This document shows, piece by piece, positions 10,039 to 18,622 of a stretch of DNA of 64,000 nucleotides. How positions within the stretch are numbered: the first letter of the stretch is position 1; each line of letters starts with the position of its first letter. The DNA comes from Candidatus Saccharimonadia bacterium (lineage in GTDB: Bacteria; Patescibacteriota; Saccharimonadia; CAILAD01; BJGX01). The DNA lies in the NCBI GenBank assembly GCA_039738635.1, contig JBCLLN010000001.1, positions 42,806-106,805 on the forward strand. Direction: 5' to 3'. The notes below the pieces were generated by a model. That model searched no databases and was not told the origin of the DNA. It saw only the letters and a program-made list of their open reading frames with translations. The translations under genes and the position numbers were made by a program.

Positions 10039-10374
10039 TTATTTGATAGCTTCAAGGTCTTTAAGACACTTATCGTATTGATCCTGTGCATCTTTCCGGC
10101 TTTCGGGGGTGTCTCCAGGGCGGTAAATTCGTGTACCCCTCTCACTTAGTTCTCTGAAGGTTGGGTCACTTGATAGGGGTTCTGCGGCTACGACATGCGC
10201 CTTTTCGATTATCGCTCTTCTTTCGTTATATGTAGTTAAGCAGCGTTGTTTCAGTTCAGCTTTTTTGACGCTTGCTACGCGTGCTTGATATGTATAGATA
10301 AAATATCCACCCAAGCCAAGTAATATCACTGTGGTACAAATTATTAGAGTATATTTGACTTTATTATCTTTCAT
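10039..10374 (-). CDS. Hypothetical small membrane-anchored protein (one N-terminal TM)
   Basis: 111-aa ORF with hydrophobic segment LIICTTVILLGLGGYFIY; no recognisable domain. Confidence 0.35.
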   Translation of the reverse strand: MKDNKVKYTLIICTTVILLGLGGYFIYTYQARVASVKKAELKQRCLTTYNERRAIIEKAHVVAAEPLSSDPTFRELSERGTRIYRPGDTPESRKDAQDQYDKCLKDLEAIK

Positions 10375-10482
10375 ATTTTCTCTTGATAGCCAAAATATAC
10401 TCTATTTCTGAGCAGATGTCTATGAGTATGCCATAAAAAGCGATGGCAATACGGGAGTTACCGTCATGGAAGAAGATGGCAT

Positions 10483-11274
10483 TTAACTCCCTGCCTTCCA
10501 CTTCTCATTGGAATCTATATATTTTCCGACTGTCGGGTGAGTTGTAAATGTCGATGGAAACCAAAGTATTACATAGGCCTCGTCCTCTTTGCTTGCCCTA
10601 GCTTCACCAAAGACAACTCCGCCATTATATATAGCGATTAAAGTTGTTTCAGATTTACTACCCATACTTTTTACATATGCTACGTTTGCCTGTATCTGCT
10701 CTTGTGTAGCAGAAAAGCCGTCGGGATACGGAAGTTGTGGGTCATAAGAATATTCCAGAACTTCTTTATCAGTATAAATATGGGCACCAAACTCAGGTTT
10801 TCCAGCTTTTTTCGCCAAGTCGGTGAATATTGCTTTAATTTGAGTTTTGAATGCGTCATTTGATAAATCAACTGGATTAATGAGTACATAATATTGTTCG
10901 TTCTTGGCAATACCTACATTATACTTTGTTTTAACTATTTCGTATTTTGGGATAACTACAAGTTCTTCTTTTTTCGTCTCTGCATTCTGTTGTGTTTTTG
11001 TTTCAGAGTTTGGTTTATTATTAGCTGGCTGTTCTACATCAGTATTTACTATAGCTGTCATAATCGGTAACATAACAATAGCTACAACAAAAGTAACTGC
11101 AATTTTAATATTTTTGCTCCAACTTGACTTAGCCCAAGCATACCAAATTAAAAAGTAAGGAAAAAATAATATTACTAAGACTAATCCCCAGCCGTGCTTA
11201 TACCATTCTTTTTTCTTGACTTCGGGTGTTTTAACTTCTGGCGTTGTTGGTTCTTTATTCTTTTTTTCTTCCAT
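10483..11274 (-). CDS. Membrane-anchored protein, paralog 1 (conserved N-terminal leader+TM, unique C-terminal domain)
   Basis: N-terminus MEEKKNKEPTTPEVKTPEVKKKEWY is identical to the downstream paralog, followed by a TM segment; 263 aa. Confidence 0.5.
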   Translation of the reverse strand: MEEKKNKEPTTPEVKTPEVKKKEWYKHGWGLVLVILFFPYFLIWYAWAKSSWSKNIKIAVTFVVAIVMLPIMTAIVNTDVEQPANNKPNSETKTQQNAETKKEELVVIPKYEIVKTKYNVGIAKNEQYYVLINPVDLSNDAFKTQIKAIFTDLAKKAGKPEFGAHIYTDKEVLEYSYDPQLPYPDGFSATQEQIQANVAYVKSMGSKSETTLIAIYNGGVVFGEARASKEDEAYVILWFPSTFTTHPTVGKYIDSNEKWKAGS

Positions 11275-11286
11275 AAGTCCTCACTA
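11200..11286 (-). repeat. 87-bp direct repeat, copy 1 (5' coding end + RBS region of paralog 1)
   Basis: Identical to 11824..11910: ataccattcttttttcttgacttcgggtgttttaacttctggcgttgttggttctttattctttttttcttccataagtcctcacta. Confidence 0.8.
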
Positions 11287-11898
11287 GTTATGGAACCTGA
11301 AGGCGCCGTAGCGTGTATTCCCATTTATCTTACACTTGATGACTACATTTTTAACAGCTGTTGTATCAGGATTAAACCTTGTGCCGTCACTTTTTGTAAA
11401 TAGTGGGTAAGGGTTGTTGAGTGGACTGTTTGGTTGAAGTGGATTTCTAATAGTTCGTTCATAATCACCGTTTAGCTTGATTTCACATTCGTCCCAAGCG
11501 ACAGTTTCAAGGTTTGTTACTTCAATACCTGGGACATCATAGGCTTTCTTGATTTCAGCTTTTAGGTCGCTAGTATCTTCCTTTGGCTCTTCTTTTTTAG
11601 GCTGTGCAGTTTGTTGTGTCTGGGTGGGCGTTTCGGTAGGGCTAGCAGTATTTGTAGTCGAATTGTTGCTGCCAGTTGACACAACACCCACGACAATCAA
11701 CAAAGCAATTAAGCCTGTTAACACCCATTTTATTTTATTGCTAGCTTTGGTTTTATTCCAAATCCACCATATACCAAAAAGTGGTAAAAATAGTATTGCA
11801 ATCACAACACCCCACCAATTCATATACCATTCTTTTTTCTTGACTTCGGGTGTTTTAACTTCTGGCGTTGTTGGTTCTTTATTCTTTTTTTCTTCCAT
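11284..11898 (-). CDS. Membrane-anchored protein, paralog 2 (same leader, different C-terminal domain)
   Basis: First 25 aa are identical to the 10483..11274 product, followed by a TM (W-rich), a Thr/Asn/Ser-rich linker and a distinct C-terminal domain; 204 aa. Confidence 0.5.
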   Translation of the reverse strand: MEEKKNKEPTTPEVKTPEVKKKEWYMNWWGVVIAILFLPLFGIWWIWNKTKASNKIKWVLTGLIALLIVVGVVSTGSNNSTTNTASPTETPTQTQQTAQPKKEEPKEDTSDLKAEIKKAYDVPGIEVTNLETVAWDECEIKLNGDYERTIRNPLQPNSPLNNPYPLFTKSDGTRFNPDTTAVKNVVIKCKINGNTRYGAFRFHN

Positions 11899-11910
11899 AA
11901 GTCCTCACTA
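11824..11910 (-). repeat. 87-bp direct repeat, copy 2 (5' coding end + RBS region of paralog 2)
   Basis: Identical to 11200..11286. Confidence 0.8.
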
Positions 11911-12095
11911 ATTATAGTTTTAGCATACTCCGAATTTTATATATATCAAACTAGGCTGGGCATACAATAGCAGAGTATACCTAAGCAATACAAACTTAAG
12001 AGTAGTTACCATATATAGTGAGTTAGATGGTGGGGTGTATAATAAGAAGAGTTCTAACCTGGTTCACAATGGCCAGCCATTAATGTGGTGTAATA

Positions 12096-12390
12096 TTGAC
12101 AAGGCGCTTATGATGTGCTAAGTTATCCTTACAACTGAATAAGCCAAAAAAGCGATTTAGTTGGGAAAATGGTCCCAACGAGCTGACTTGTGAACCATCC
12201 TACGGGAAAGTAGCAAGCTCCGGAAGAAGTCCGTTATCATACTTCAACCAACGCCACCCCCTGGGTAAACTGAGTTGGTACAGAGGTTAGCCTAGCAATA
12301 GGCTGGCGAAGCAAGGTGGCACCACCATAACGGTCCTTGCAAGTTCTTGAAGCTGTATAGCTTTGGGAGTTTGCAAGGGCTTTTTAGTTG
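12096..12390 (+). ncRNA. Candidate structured non-coding RNA (about 250 nt) or long structured 5' leader; family not identified
   Basis: TTGACA (12096-12101), 17-bp spacer, TAAGTT (12119-12124). No convincing ORF. Long-range complement ggttcacaa (12061) / ttgtgaacc (12188), hairpin AGCCTAgcaaTAGGCT (about 12288-12303), and terminator-like CCTTGCAA(12335)...TTGCAAGG(12378)-GC-TTTTT(12381-85). Confidence 0.2.
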
Positions 12391-12573
12391 GAGACTAAAG
12401 ATGAAGAACAAAACTATATCAATTTGGTGGCGATGGTGGCCTATGCGTAGCACGGATTGTCTTTGCTCCATCGCCAATGTCTCGTCCCCTGAGAAGCGTT
12501 TGTTTGAAACCGGCAGATAAGCACAAGTTTGTCTGCTGGAACAGCCAAAAGCCCTTTCACAAGGAGGAACAAG

Positions 12574-13158
12574 ATGCGCATCACCAGGACAACACCCGAT
12601 CTTGGGCTAGCAACCGAGATCGCGGCTAGCGGGTTCTGTCAACCAGTCACGCCTGAGTTAGAGCAAGATGTAGCAGGCCATCTAGATGGTGGCGAGCTTG
12701 TTTACACCGTCCACGAAGGTGAGCAGACGGTAGGCTTCGCCATCTTCAATGTCTGGGGTAGTAATGTGCTCTATTTGAGCGGGATCATCCTCGACACCGA
12801 CCATCAGCGCCAAGAGGCGGTCTCCAAGACCATTCATGCCGCCAGAAGTGTGGCAAAAGAAGTGGCATACCTATCACTACGCACACAATCTCTGCGTATG
12901 TGGGTGGCAGGGTCGAAAGTTTGTCGGGAGTGGCACCCAACCCACACAGACGAGGAAATCCCGCCATACTTGACCGAAGTCGGCCAAGAGACCGCTGATC
13001 GAATCAAATCGGTATTCCCGATAGAAGAGGGTTGCTATGACGGCCCACTTTACGGAGAGAAGCCGGTCTACCACGACCAGATACTCCAATTATGGTGGGA
13101 TGGCATCTGTAACTTCGAGCGAGGTGACGCAGTCATCTGTGTTGGTGTTCTCTTGTAA
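12574..13158 (+). CDS. Hypothetical protein in GC-rich (about 55%) island; no recognised domain
   Basis: The ORF opens at 12529, but the AAGGAGG RBS (12561-67) plus the ATG at 12574 is the likely start. Product MRITRTTPDLGLATEIAASGF...; composition is sharply different from the flanking AT-rich DNA. Confidence 0.4.
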   Translation: MRITRTTPDLGLATEIAASGFCQPVTPELEQDVAGHLDGGELVYTVHEGEQTVGFAIFNVWGSNVLYLSGIILDTDHQRQEAVSKTIHAARSVAKEVAYLSLRTQSLRMWVAGSKVCREWHPTHTDEEIPPYLTEVGQETADRIKSVFPIEEGCYDGPLYGEKPVYHDQILQLWWDGICNFERGDAVICVGVLL

Positions 13159-13287
13159 AACCGCTCAGATGATAGTAGGCGTTTAAGTCAGCATGTACCG
13201 TCATTCTGCTGGACATAGGCTGTCGTGGGTGGGTAGGTCTTCCGATCTACCCACCCAGCAACATTTAACTAAGTAAGGAGAAATCTC

Positions 13288-14013
13288 ATGAAGGTTATCC
13301 AAGGTAGGGGCAAAGTAGAATTAGCGGTCGTCTGCTGTCTACACGGCGACGAGGTTTTTGGTGAACAAATTTTTAGACATTATCAAGAATTGCTCGGCTC
13401 CAAAAGTGGTTTACGCTTAATACTGGCTAACGAAGAGGCGTTTAGGAAAGGTGTCCGCTATATTGATGACGATCTAAATAGAAGCTTCCCAGGCAGTACG
13501 AGTGGCAATCATGAGGCAAAGCTCGCCACAGAAATGATGCCGATTATTAAGGACGCACGATTTGTGCTTGATATACACACCACAACTTCGGATATAGAAA
13601 TGACCCCGATTGTATGTTCATTAAATCGCGACGTCAAAAAGGCTCTTAATTTAACGACAAGCAAAGAGATAGCTAAAATGGGCAAGCAAATCGCAAACCA
13701 TGCCTTAATTGGCCAAGTCAACGCTGGCATCTCATTAGAGTTCAATGAGGAGTATGCTAAGACCGGAAAAGCACTTACTGAAATGGTGAACGTGATAGAG
13801 GGCTTGTTGGGTGGTAAACAGAACCAACCTATCCAGAGACGTGTTTTTCAAATCAGTGGCACGATCCCCCTAACAGATAATTTGCCCGAGGAGACCCAAA
13901 ACTTCAGTAAGGTTGCGTCTCTCGGCATCTACCCATTCCTGTTACATGAAAGAGCATATAATAAGGCTCATCAAGGCTTTGCGGCACCTAGCTACACAAG
14001 TGTGGAGATTTAA
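13288..14013 (+). CDS. Succinylglutamate desuccinylase/aspartoacylase (AstE/AspA) family Zn hydrolase-like protein
   Basis: VVCCLHGDEVFG resembles the GxHGNE Zn-binding motif; DIHTTT downstream; RBS aaggag precedes the start. Confidence 0.45.
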   Translation: MKVIQGRGKVELAVVCCLHGDEVFGEQIFRHYQELLGSKSGLRLILANEEAFRKGVRYIDDDLNRSFPGSTSGNHEAKLATEMMPIIKDARFVLDIHTTTSDIEMTPIVCSLNRDVKKALNLTTSKEIAKMGKQIANHALIGQVNAGISLEFNEEYAKTGKALTEMVNVIEGLLGGKQNQPIQRRVFQISGTIPLTDNLPEETQNFSKVASLGIYPFLLHERAYNKAHQGFAAPSYTSVEI

Positions 14014-14150
14014 CGATGTCTCATGGCCGTAGGCCACAAAAAAAGTTCGGAGAATGTCCAGTAAACAATCAGGCTTCTGTATTTTTTTATAAATTATTAC
14101 GCTAGTGCTGCAAGTTTGCTGTAATAGAGCTTCTCACTGCTAGTCAATAT

Positions 14151-14795
14151 TTAATCAAATAAGTAAGTGTGCGGTGCCTCTAGAAATACCGGGAAGGCAT
14201 CATCTGCGAAGTGATGGTCTGCTCCCTCGGCAACTATGACGCTCATATGGTCTTCTGCGCCCTCAGGCACAAATTGCATGGCCTCATCCTTGGACGGATC
14301 TTCACTACCCACGAGAATGGTTACTTTGTCGCCCTTGAAATTCTTGAGACCCTGCTTAATCTTACTACCCCCAAGTCTTGCGGCAGGGTTGATAAGTAGT
14401 AGCCTTGATATATTAGGATACTCCCAGGCAATCTGCGCAATTATTGAGGCGCCGGCAGAGTGAGCCATGATTCGCAGCTCAAGATCGTCGGTGCCAGCAA
14501 TAGCCTTGGTATTGTCATTAATAAACTCTAATATGTGCCTGGCATTGCTCTCCCAGTGGTATGAAGAAATAAAGGGATTCTCCATACGTACCACCGCGAC
14601 CCCAAAGCGTTCCTGTGCAGTCTCGGCAATCGTCACATACTTGTCCTCATAGCCATCGAGTGAACCATCTACGCCCGGTATGGTCAGCAAGATTACGCTT
14701 GATTCAGCCGGATGTATGGCAATAGCCAGCGAGCAGTCTATTGCGAACTCGTTCATGCTCTCTTTCCATTCAATTGTACTGTGTTTTGCTAGCAT
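14151..14795 (-). CDS. Alpha/beta-hydrolase fold protein (esterase/lipase-like)
   Basis: Nucleophile elbow AHSAGAS (GxSxG); downstream Asp/His candidates (GSEDPS, GADHHF). Confidence 0.55.
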   Translation of the reverse strand: MLAKHSTIEWKESMNEFAIDCSLAIAIHPAESSVILLTIPGVDGSLDGYEDKYVTIAETAQERFGVAVVRMENPFISSYHWESNARHILEFINDNTKAIAGTDDLELRIMAHSAGASIIAQIAWEYPNISRLLLINPAARLGGSKIKQGLKNFKGDKVTILVGSEDPSKDEAMQFVPEGAEDHMSVIVAEGADHHFADDAFPVFLEAPHTYLFD

Positions 14796-14998
14796 TAATT
14801 CCTCTTTGACAATTATAACATGGGCTATTATCTCTAAAAGGCCTGGCCTTTATCATGTTAGGAATTTACATATTTGCCAGTAAAGTACTTTTGGGCTACC
14901 ACAGCCTTCTTAGCGTCTGTTGCATACCGCTTTGTACACCTTTTCATTCATCCCAGGGAGACACCCTGGATCACAATAGTTGAAGTTAATCCGGTTAC

Positions 14999-15556
14999 CT
15001 ACACTAAGGGCACGAAAACAAAACCAGGATGAATATTTGTTTCATATTCAGTAGCAGAGGTTTTGGTAATTTCTAGGATATTATTTTGGACGGGTATAAC
15101 CAGTTTGCCACCAACCTTTAGCTGAGCTAGCAATTCCTTTGGGAGTTTTTGTGCAGCAGCGCTTACTAAGATTCGATCGAATGGTGCGTGTTTAGGAAGC
15201 CCATAGCCATCACCAGCTTGAAAAAACCGAGCATTCTTAACCCCAATTCGTTCACAATTGTTGCGGCCAAAATCTACAAGTTCTGGTATACGCTCAGTCG
15301 CATAGACGCTACCCTTTAAGCCGACTATGTGAGAAATCAAGGCGGTAGTCCAGCCCGAACCAGAACCAATGTCTAAGACTTTGTTACTTGGCTCGGCTTC
15401 TAGCCATTCCAGCATAAGCTTGACTGTACTGGGTTGACTTATTGTTTGGCCAAAGCCGATAGGCAGAGGGGCATCAATAGCAGCCAACCCACGCTGGTCT
15501 GTAGTTACAAAATTAGCGCGGTTTATTTTTTGGAATGATTTTTCGATGTGATCCAT
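14999..15556 (-). CDS. pcm: Protein-L-isoaspartate O-methyltransferase
   Basis: TISQPSTVKLML, VLDIGSGSGWTTALISHIV (SAM motif I), FDRILVSAAA: canonical PIMT signature. Confidence 0.85.
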   Translation of the reverse strand: MDHIEKSFQKINRANFVTTDQRGLAAIDAPLPIGFGQTISQPSTVKLMLEWLEAEPSNKVLDIGSGSGWTTALISHIVGLKGSVYATERIPELVDFGRNNCERIGVKNARFFQAGDGYGLPKHAPFDRILVSAAAQKLPKELLAQLKVGGKLVIPVQNNILEITKTSATEYETNIHPGFVFVPLV

Positions 15557-15737
15557 ACAAGTTATTATATATCATTACAACTTTCATCAAAGCACATACA
15601 AGGAACTGAAATGGCCCCAGACCAAGATCTCCATCCATGACAAGTACTAAGTGATTGTAATAAATAGTATGTTAAAACATACTTTTATTCTGTTTTCAAT
15701 GGTAGACTGTTGTGATATTAAAAAGGAAGCAAATCTA

Positions 15738-17582
15738 ATGTGTGGCATTATAGGTTATCTCGGAAAGAAGCAATCAACACCTCTACTTATAGAGGGGTTA
15801 CATCGTCTAGAGTATCGAGGATACGATAGCGCTGGGATTGCAGTTGTTAACGCCGAAGGCATACATATCACAAAGACCAAGGGTCGAGTTGACGACCTAG
15901 AAGCGGAATCAAGTAAGTCAATTATAAAATCAACAATAGGCATCGGGCACACTCGTTGGGCTACTCACGGTATCCCTAATAAAATTAACGCACATCCTCA
16001 CTTAAGTGCAGATGGCAGTATTGCTTTAGTACATAATGGCATTATTGAAAATTACGCCCAGATAAAAGAAGGGCTATTAAAAAAGGGCGTCATCTTTAAA
16101 AGCCAGACCGATACAGAAGTTCTTGCAAATTTAATTGCTACTATTCAAAAAGAACAAAAAATATCAACTTTTGCGGCAGTTCAGGCGGCCTTAGCTCTAG
16201 TTAGAGGTGCCTATGCAATTGCCGTACTAAACAATGAGGACACGGATACACTGGTCGTAGCAAAAAAGAGCAGCCCATTAGCTATTGGCATCGGCGAGAA
16301 CGAGTTTATAGTCGGGTCTGATGCAACACCGATCGTCGCGCATACACAGCAGGTAATTTACATTAATGACGACGAGGTAGTTGAACTGCATCGAGACGGC
16401 ACCTACAATATAGTTTCTCTGCTCGGCACAAAAGTAAGCCCTGAGGTTCTGAAAATAGATATAGATTTGGATAAGCTTGAAAAGGGTGGCTATGCTCATT
16501 TTATGCTAAAGGAGATTAGCGAACAGCCGGAAGTTATCAGAAACACTATGCGAGGTCGGTTAAGCCTTGATCAGAGCACAGTCATGCTTGGGGGCATTAT
16601 CGATTATGAACAGCGCATATTGCGTGCGCCAAAACTAACTATTGTAGCCTGTGGTACCTCTTGGAACGCTGGACTCCTAGGCAAATACATAATTGAGGAG
16701 CTTGCCGGAATACCCGTAGAGGTTGAGTATGCTTCAGAATTTCGTTACCGAAAATCACCGCTTAATGAAAATGATGTAATCCTTGCAATTTCTCAATCAG
16801 GGGAAACAGCAGATACTTTAGCGGCAGTCGAACTTGCTAATAAGCATAAGGCCCTGACCCTTGGACTCGTAAATAATGTGGGTTCTTCGATAGCTAGAGC
16901 TACATGCGCAGGAGTATATACTCATGCTGGTCCAGAAATAAGCGTTGCTTCTACTAAGGCTTTTAGTGCACAGGTTACTGCCCTAACACTTATGGCTTTC
17001 AGGTTTGCTCAACAGCTTGGAACAATACAAAAATCTGAATTACAAAAACTATATCAACAGTTTGCGCAATTGCCTTCCTGGGTAGAAGAAACGCTCGAGA
17101 CCAAGAAAAAGGCACAAGACATATCTAAATATATAGCTGGACAAAAAATAGTTCTTTTCCTGGGTAGAAACAAATGCTATCCAGTAGCCCTGGAGGGAGC
17201 CCTAAAGCTTAAAGAAATTTCATATATTGCTTCAGAAGGTTACCCTGCCGGCGAAATGAAGCATGGCCCAATTGCATTAGTCAACAAAGGAACGCCTGTG
17301 TTTGTCATCATCCCAACAGAGACTGAGTTGAAAGACAAAATAATTAGTAGCATCCAAGAAATCAAAGCAAGAGGCGCTTATGTTATTGCTATCGGTGATG
17401 GTAAAGATAAGGAAATAAATAAAAGTATTGATGAATTGCTACAAATTCCCAGTGTTCCGGATCTTTTTTTACCAGTGGTTGCTACAACACCCCTGCAGTT
17501 TATCGCTTATTATTCGGCACTGACACTAGGAAATGATGTTGATAAACCTAGAAACTTAGCAAAATCAGTAACTGTTGAATAG
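15738..17582 (+). CDS. glmS: Glutamine--fructose-6-phosphate aminotransferase (isomerising)
   Basis: The ORF opens at a GTG at 15651, but the canonical MCGIIGY N-terminus (catalytic Cys2) marks the true start near 15738. Two SIS domains: SQSGETADTL and the C-terminal ...GNDVDKPRNLAKSVTVE. Confidence 0.9.
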   Translation: MCGIIGYLGKKQSTPLLIEGLHRLEYRGYDSAGIAVVNAEGIHITKTKGRVDDLEAESSKSIIKSTIGIGHTRWATHGIPNKINAHPHLSADGSIALVHNGIIENYAQIKEGLLKKGVIFKSQTDTEVLANLIATIQKEQKISTFAAVQAALALVRGAYAIAVLNNEDTDTLVVAKKSSPLAIGIGENEFIVGSDATPIVAHTQQVIYINDDEVVELHRDGTYNIVSLLGTKVSPEVLKIDIDLDKLEKGGYAHFMLKEISEQPEVIRNTMRGRLSLDQSTVMLGGIIDYEQRILRAPKLTIVACGTSWNAGLLGKYIIEELAGIPVEVEYASEFRYRKSPLNENDVILAISQSGETADTLAAVELANKHKALTLGLVNNVGSSIARATCAGVYTHAGPEISVASTKAFSAQVTALTLMAFRFAQQLGTIQKSELQKLYQQFAQLPSWVEETLETKKKAQDISKYIAGQKIVLFLGRNKCYPVALEGALKLKEISYIASEGYPAGEMKHGPIALVNKGTPVFVIIPTETELKDKIISSIQEIKARGAYVIAIGDGKDKEINKSIDELLQIPSVPDLFLPVVATTPLQFIAYYSALTLGNDVDKPRNLAKSVTVE

Positions 17583-17791
17583 CCTATACCTAATAATGGA
17601 GCTGTAGGTTCTAGACCCATATCCCAGCCAATCTGGACAATATTAACAAAAACCGACTTTTACTACAAAAACCGTTACTATGCCCATTGTATTCCCACAA
17701 TCCCACAAGGAGACTCCTTATAAGGAGGCTCCTTTTTCTATTTTTCTACAGCTACTATTTTTTCTATGGGATAGTGCGAAAGTCCTATATA

Positions 17792-18622
17792 ATGAATGTT
17801 ATGCTTGCAGCAATCGACATTGGTGGCACCAAAATTAGGCTCGTGGTCGCAACATCACCAGAAAATATTCTCGCTGAATCAGTCTTTCCAACCCCACCTG
17901 ACCAGGCCTCCGCTTTGGCAACCATGTCTAGTGAGCTATTAAAGCTGGCTGGACAGTCAGCTATCCGGGCTATTGGTATTGCCAGCCCCGGACCGCTTGA
18001 CCGCTCTAAGGGGATTATTCTTACTCCTCACAATATCCCCTGGCACAATGTTCATATTAATGACTATTTTACTTCAGAATTTGGCTGTCCTGTGGTATTG
18101 GAGCATGATGCCACAGCTGGCGGTGTGGCCGAGGCGCGGCTAGGTGCGGGCAAAGGTAGCCGAGTGGTGCTTTATGTAACTATTGCGACTGGCATAGGTA
18201 CCAGCATTATAGTAGATGGCCAACCGTTGCCTACCAAGTATAATTCCGAAGGCGGCTTGGAAGTTATTGAGCAAGGGGGTAGCACTGCAAAACACTTTGA
18301 AGAACTTGGCAGTGGCAAAGCTATCCTGCGCGACTATGGCAAGATAGCCCGTGACATACACAACAAATCCGACTGGGACCATATCGCGCGCGTGCTGGCC
18401 ACAGGAATCTTTGACATGATTACTATAGTTGAACCAGATGTTGTGGTACTAGCCGGAGGTGTTAGTGTGCATTTTAACAAATTTATTGCCCCGCTCACGA
18501 AACACATGGCCGAACTAGGACCGCTTTATCCACTGCCACCTATTAAGCAAGGCCGGTTTGTGGAGACGGCCCCAGCAGTTGGTATGCTACTATTATCCCA
18601 AGAGTTACTAAAGAAGAAATGA
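17792..18622 (+). CDS. ROK-family sugar kinase (glucokinase/N-acetylglucosamine kinase-like)
   Basis: AAIDIGGTKIRLVVAT ATP-binding motif, GIASPGP, EHDATAGG. The ORF opens at 17687; MNVMLAAIDIGG (ATG at 17792) is taken as start. Confidence 0.7.
   Translation: MNVMLAAIDIGGTKIRLVVATSPENILAESVFPTPPDQASALATMSSELLKLAGQSAIRAIGIASPGPLDRSKGIILTPHNIPWHNVHINDYFTSEFGCPVVLEHDATAGGVAEARLGAGKGSRVVLYVTIATGIGTSIIVDGQPLPTKYNSEGGLEVIEQGGSTAKHFEELGSGKAILRDYGKIARDIHNKSDWDHIARVLATGIFDMITIVEPDVVVLAGGVSVHFNKFIAPLTKHMAELGPLYPLPPIKQGRFVETAPAVGMLLLSQELLKKK

Noticed and set aside
10680-11911. Small ORFs 10680..10910(-), 10904..11158(+), 11194..11403(+), 11549..11911(+)
   Set aside because: They overlap the paralogous membrane-protein genes in other frames or strands; their hydrophobic translations are mirror artefacts of TM-encoding sequence.
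12096-12390. Assignment of the candidate ncRNA to RNase P RNA, SRP RNA, tmRNA or 6S RNA
   Set aside because: It lacks the GGAAAGUCCGG / ACAGAAUCCGGCUUA RNase P boxes, the SRP GGAAGCAGCCAAGG motif, a tmRNA tag ORF and tRNA-like 3' end. At about 250 nt it fits none cleanly.
15651-15737. GTG-initiated 5' extension of glmS in the ORF track
   Set aside because: GlmS enzymes begin M-C-G-I (the Cys is the N-terminal nucleophile). The extension is hydrophobic junk, so the true start is the internal ATG.
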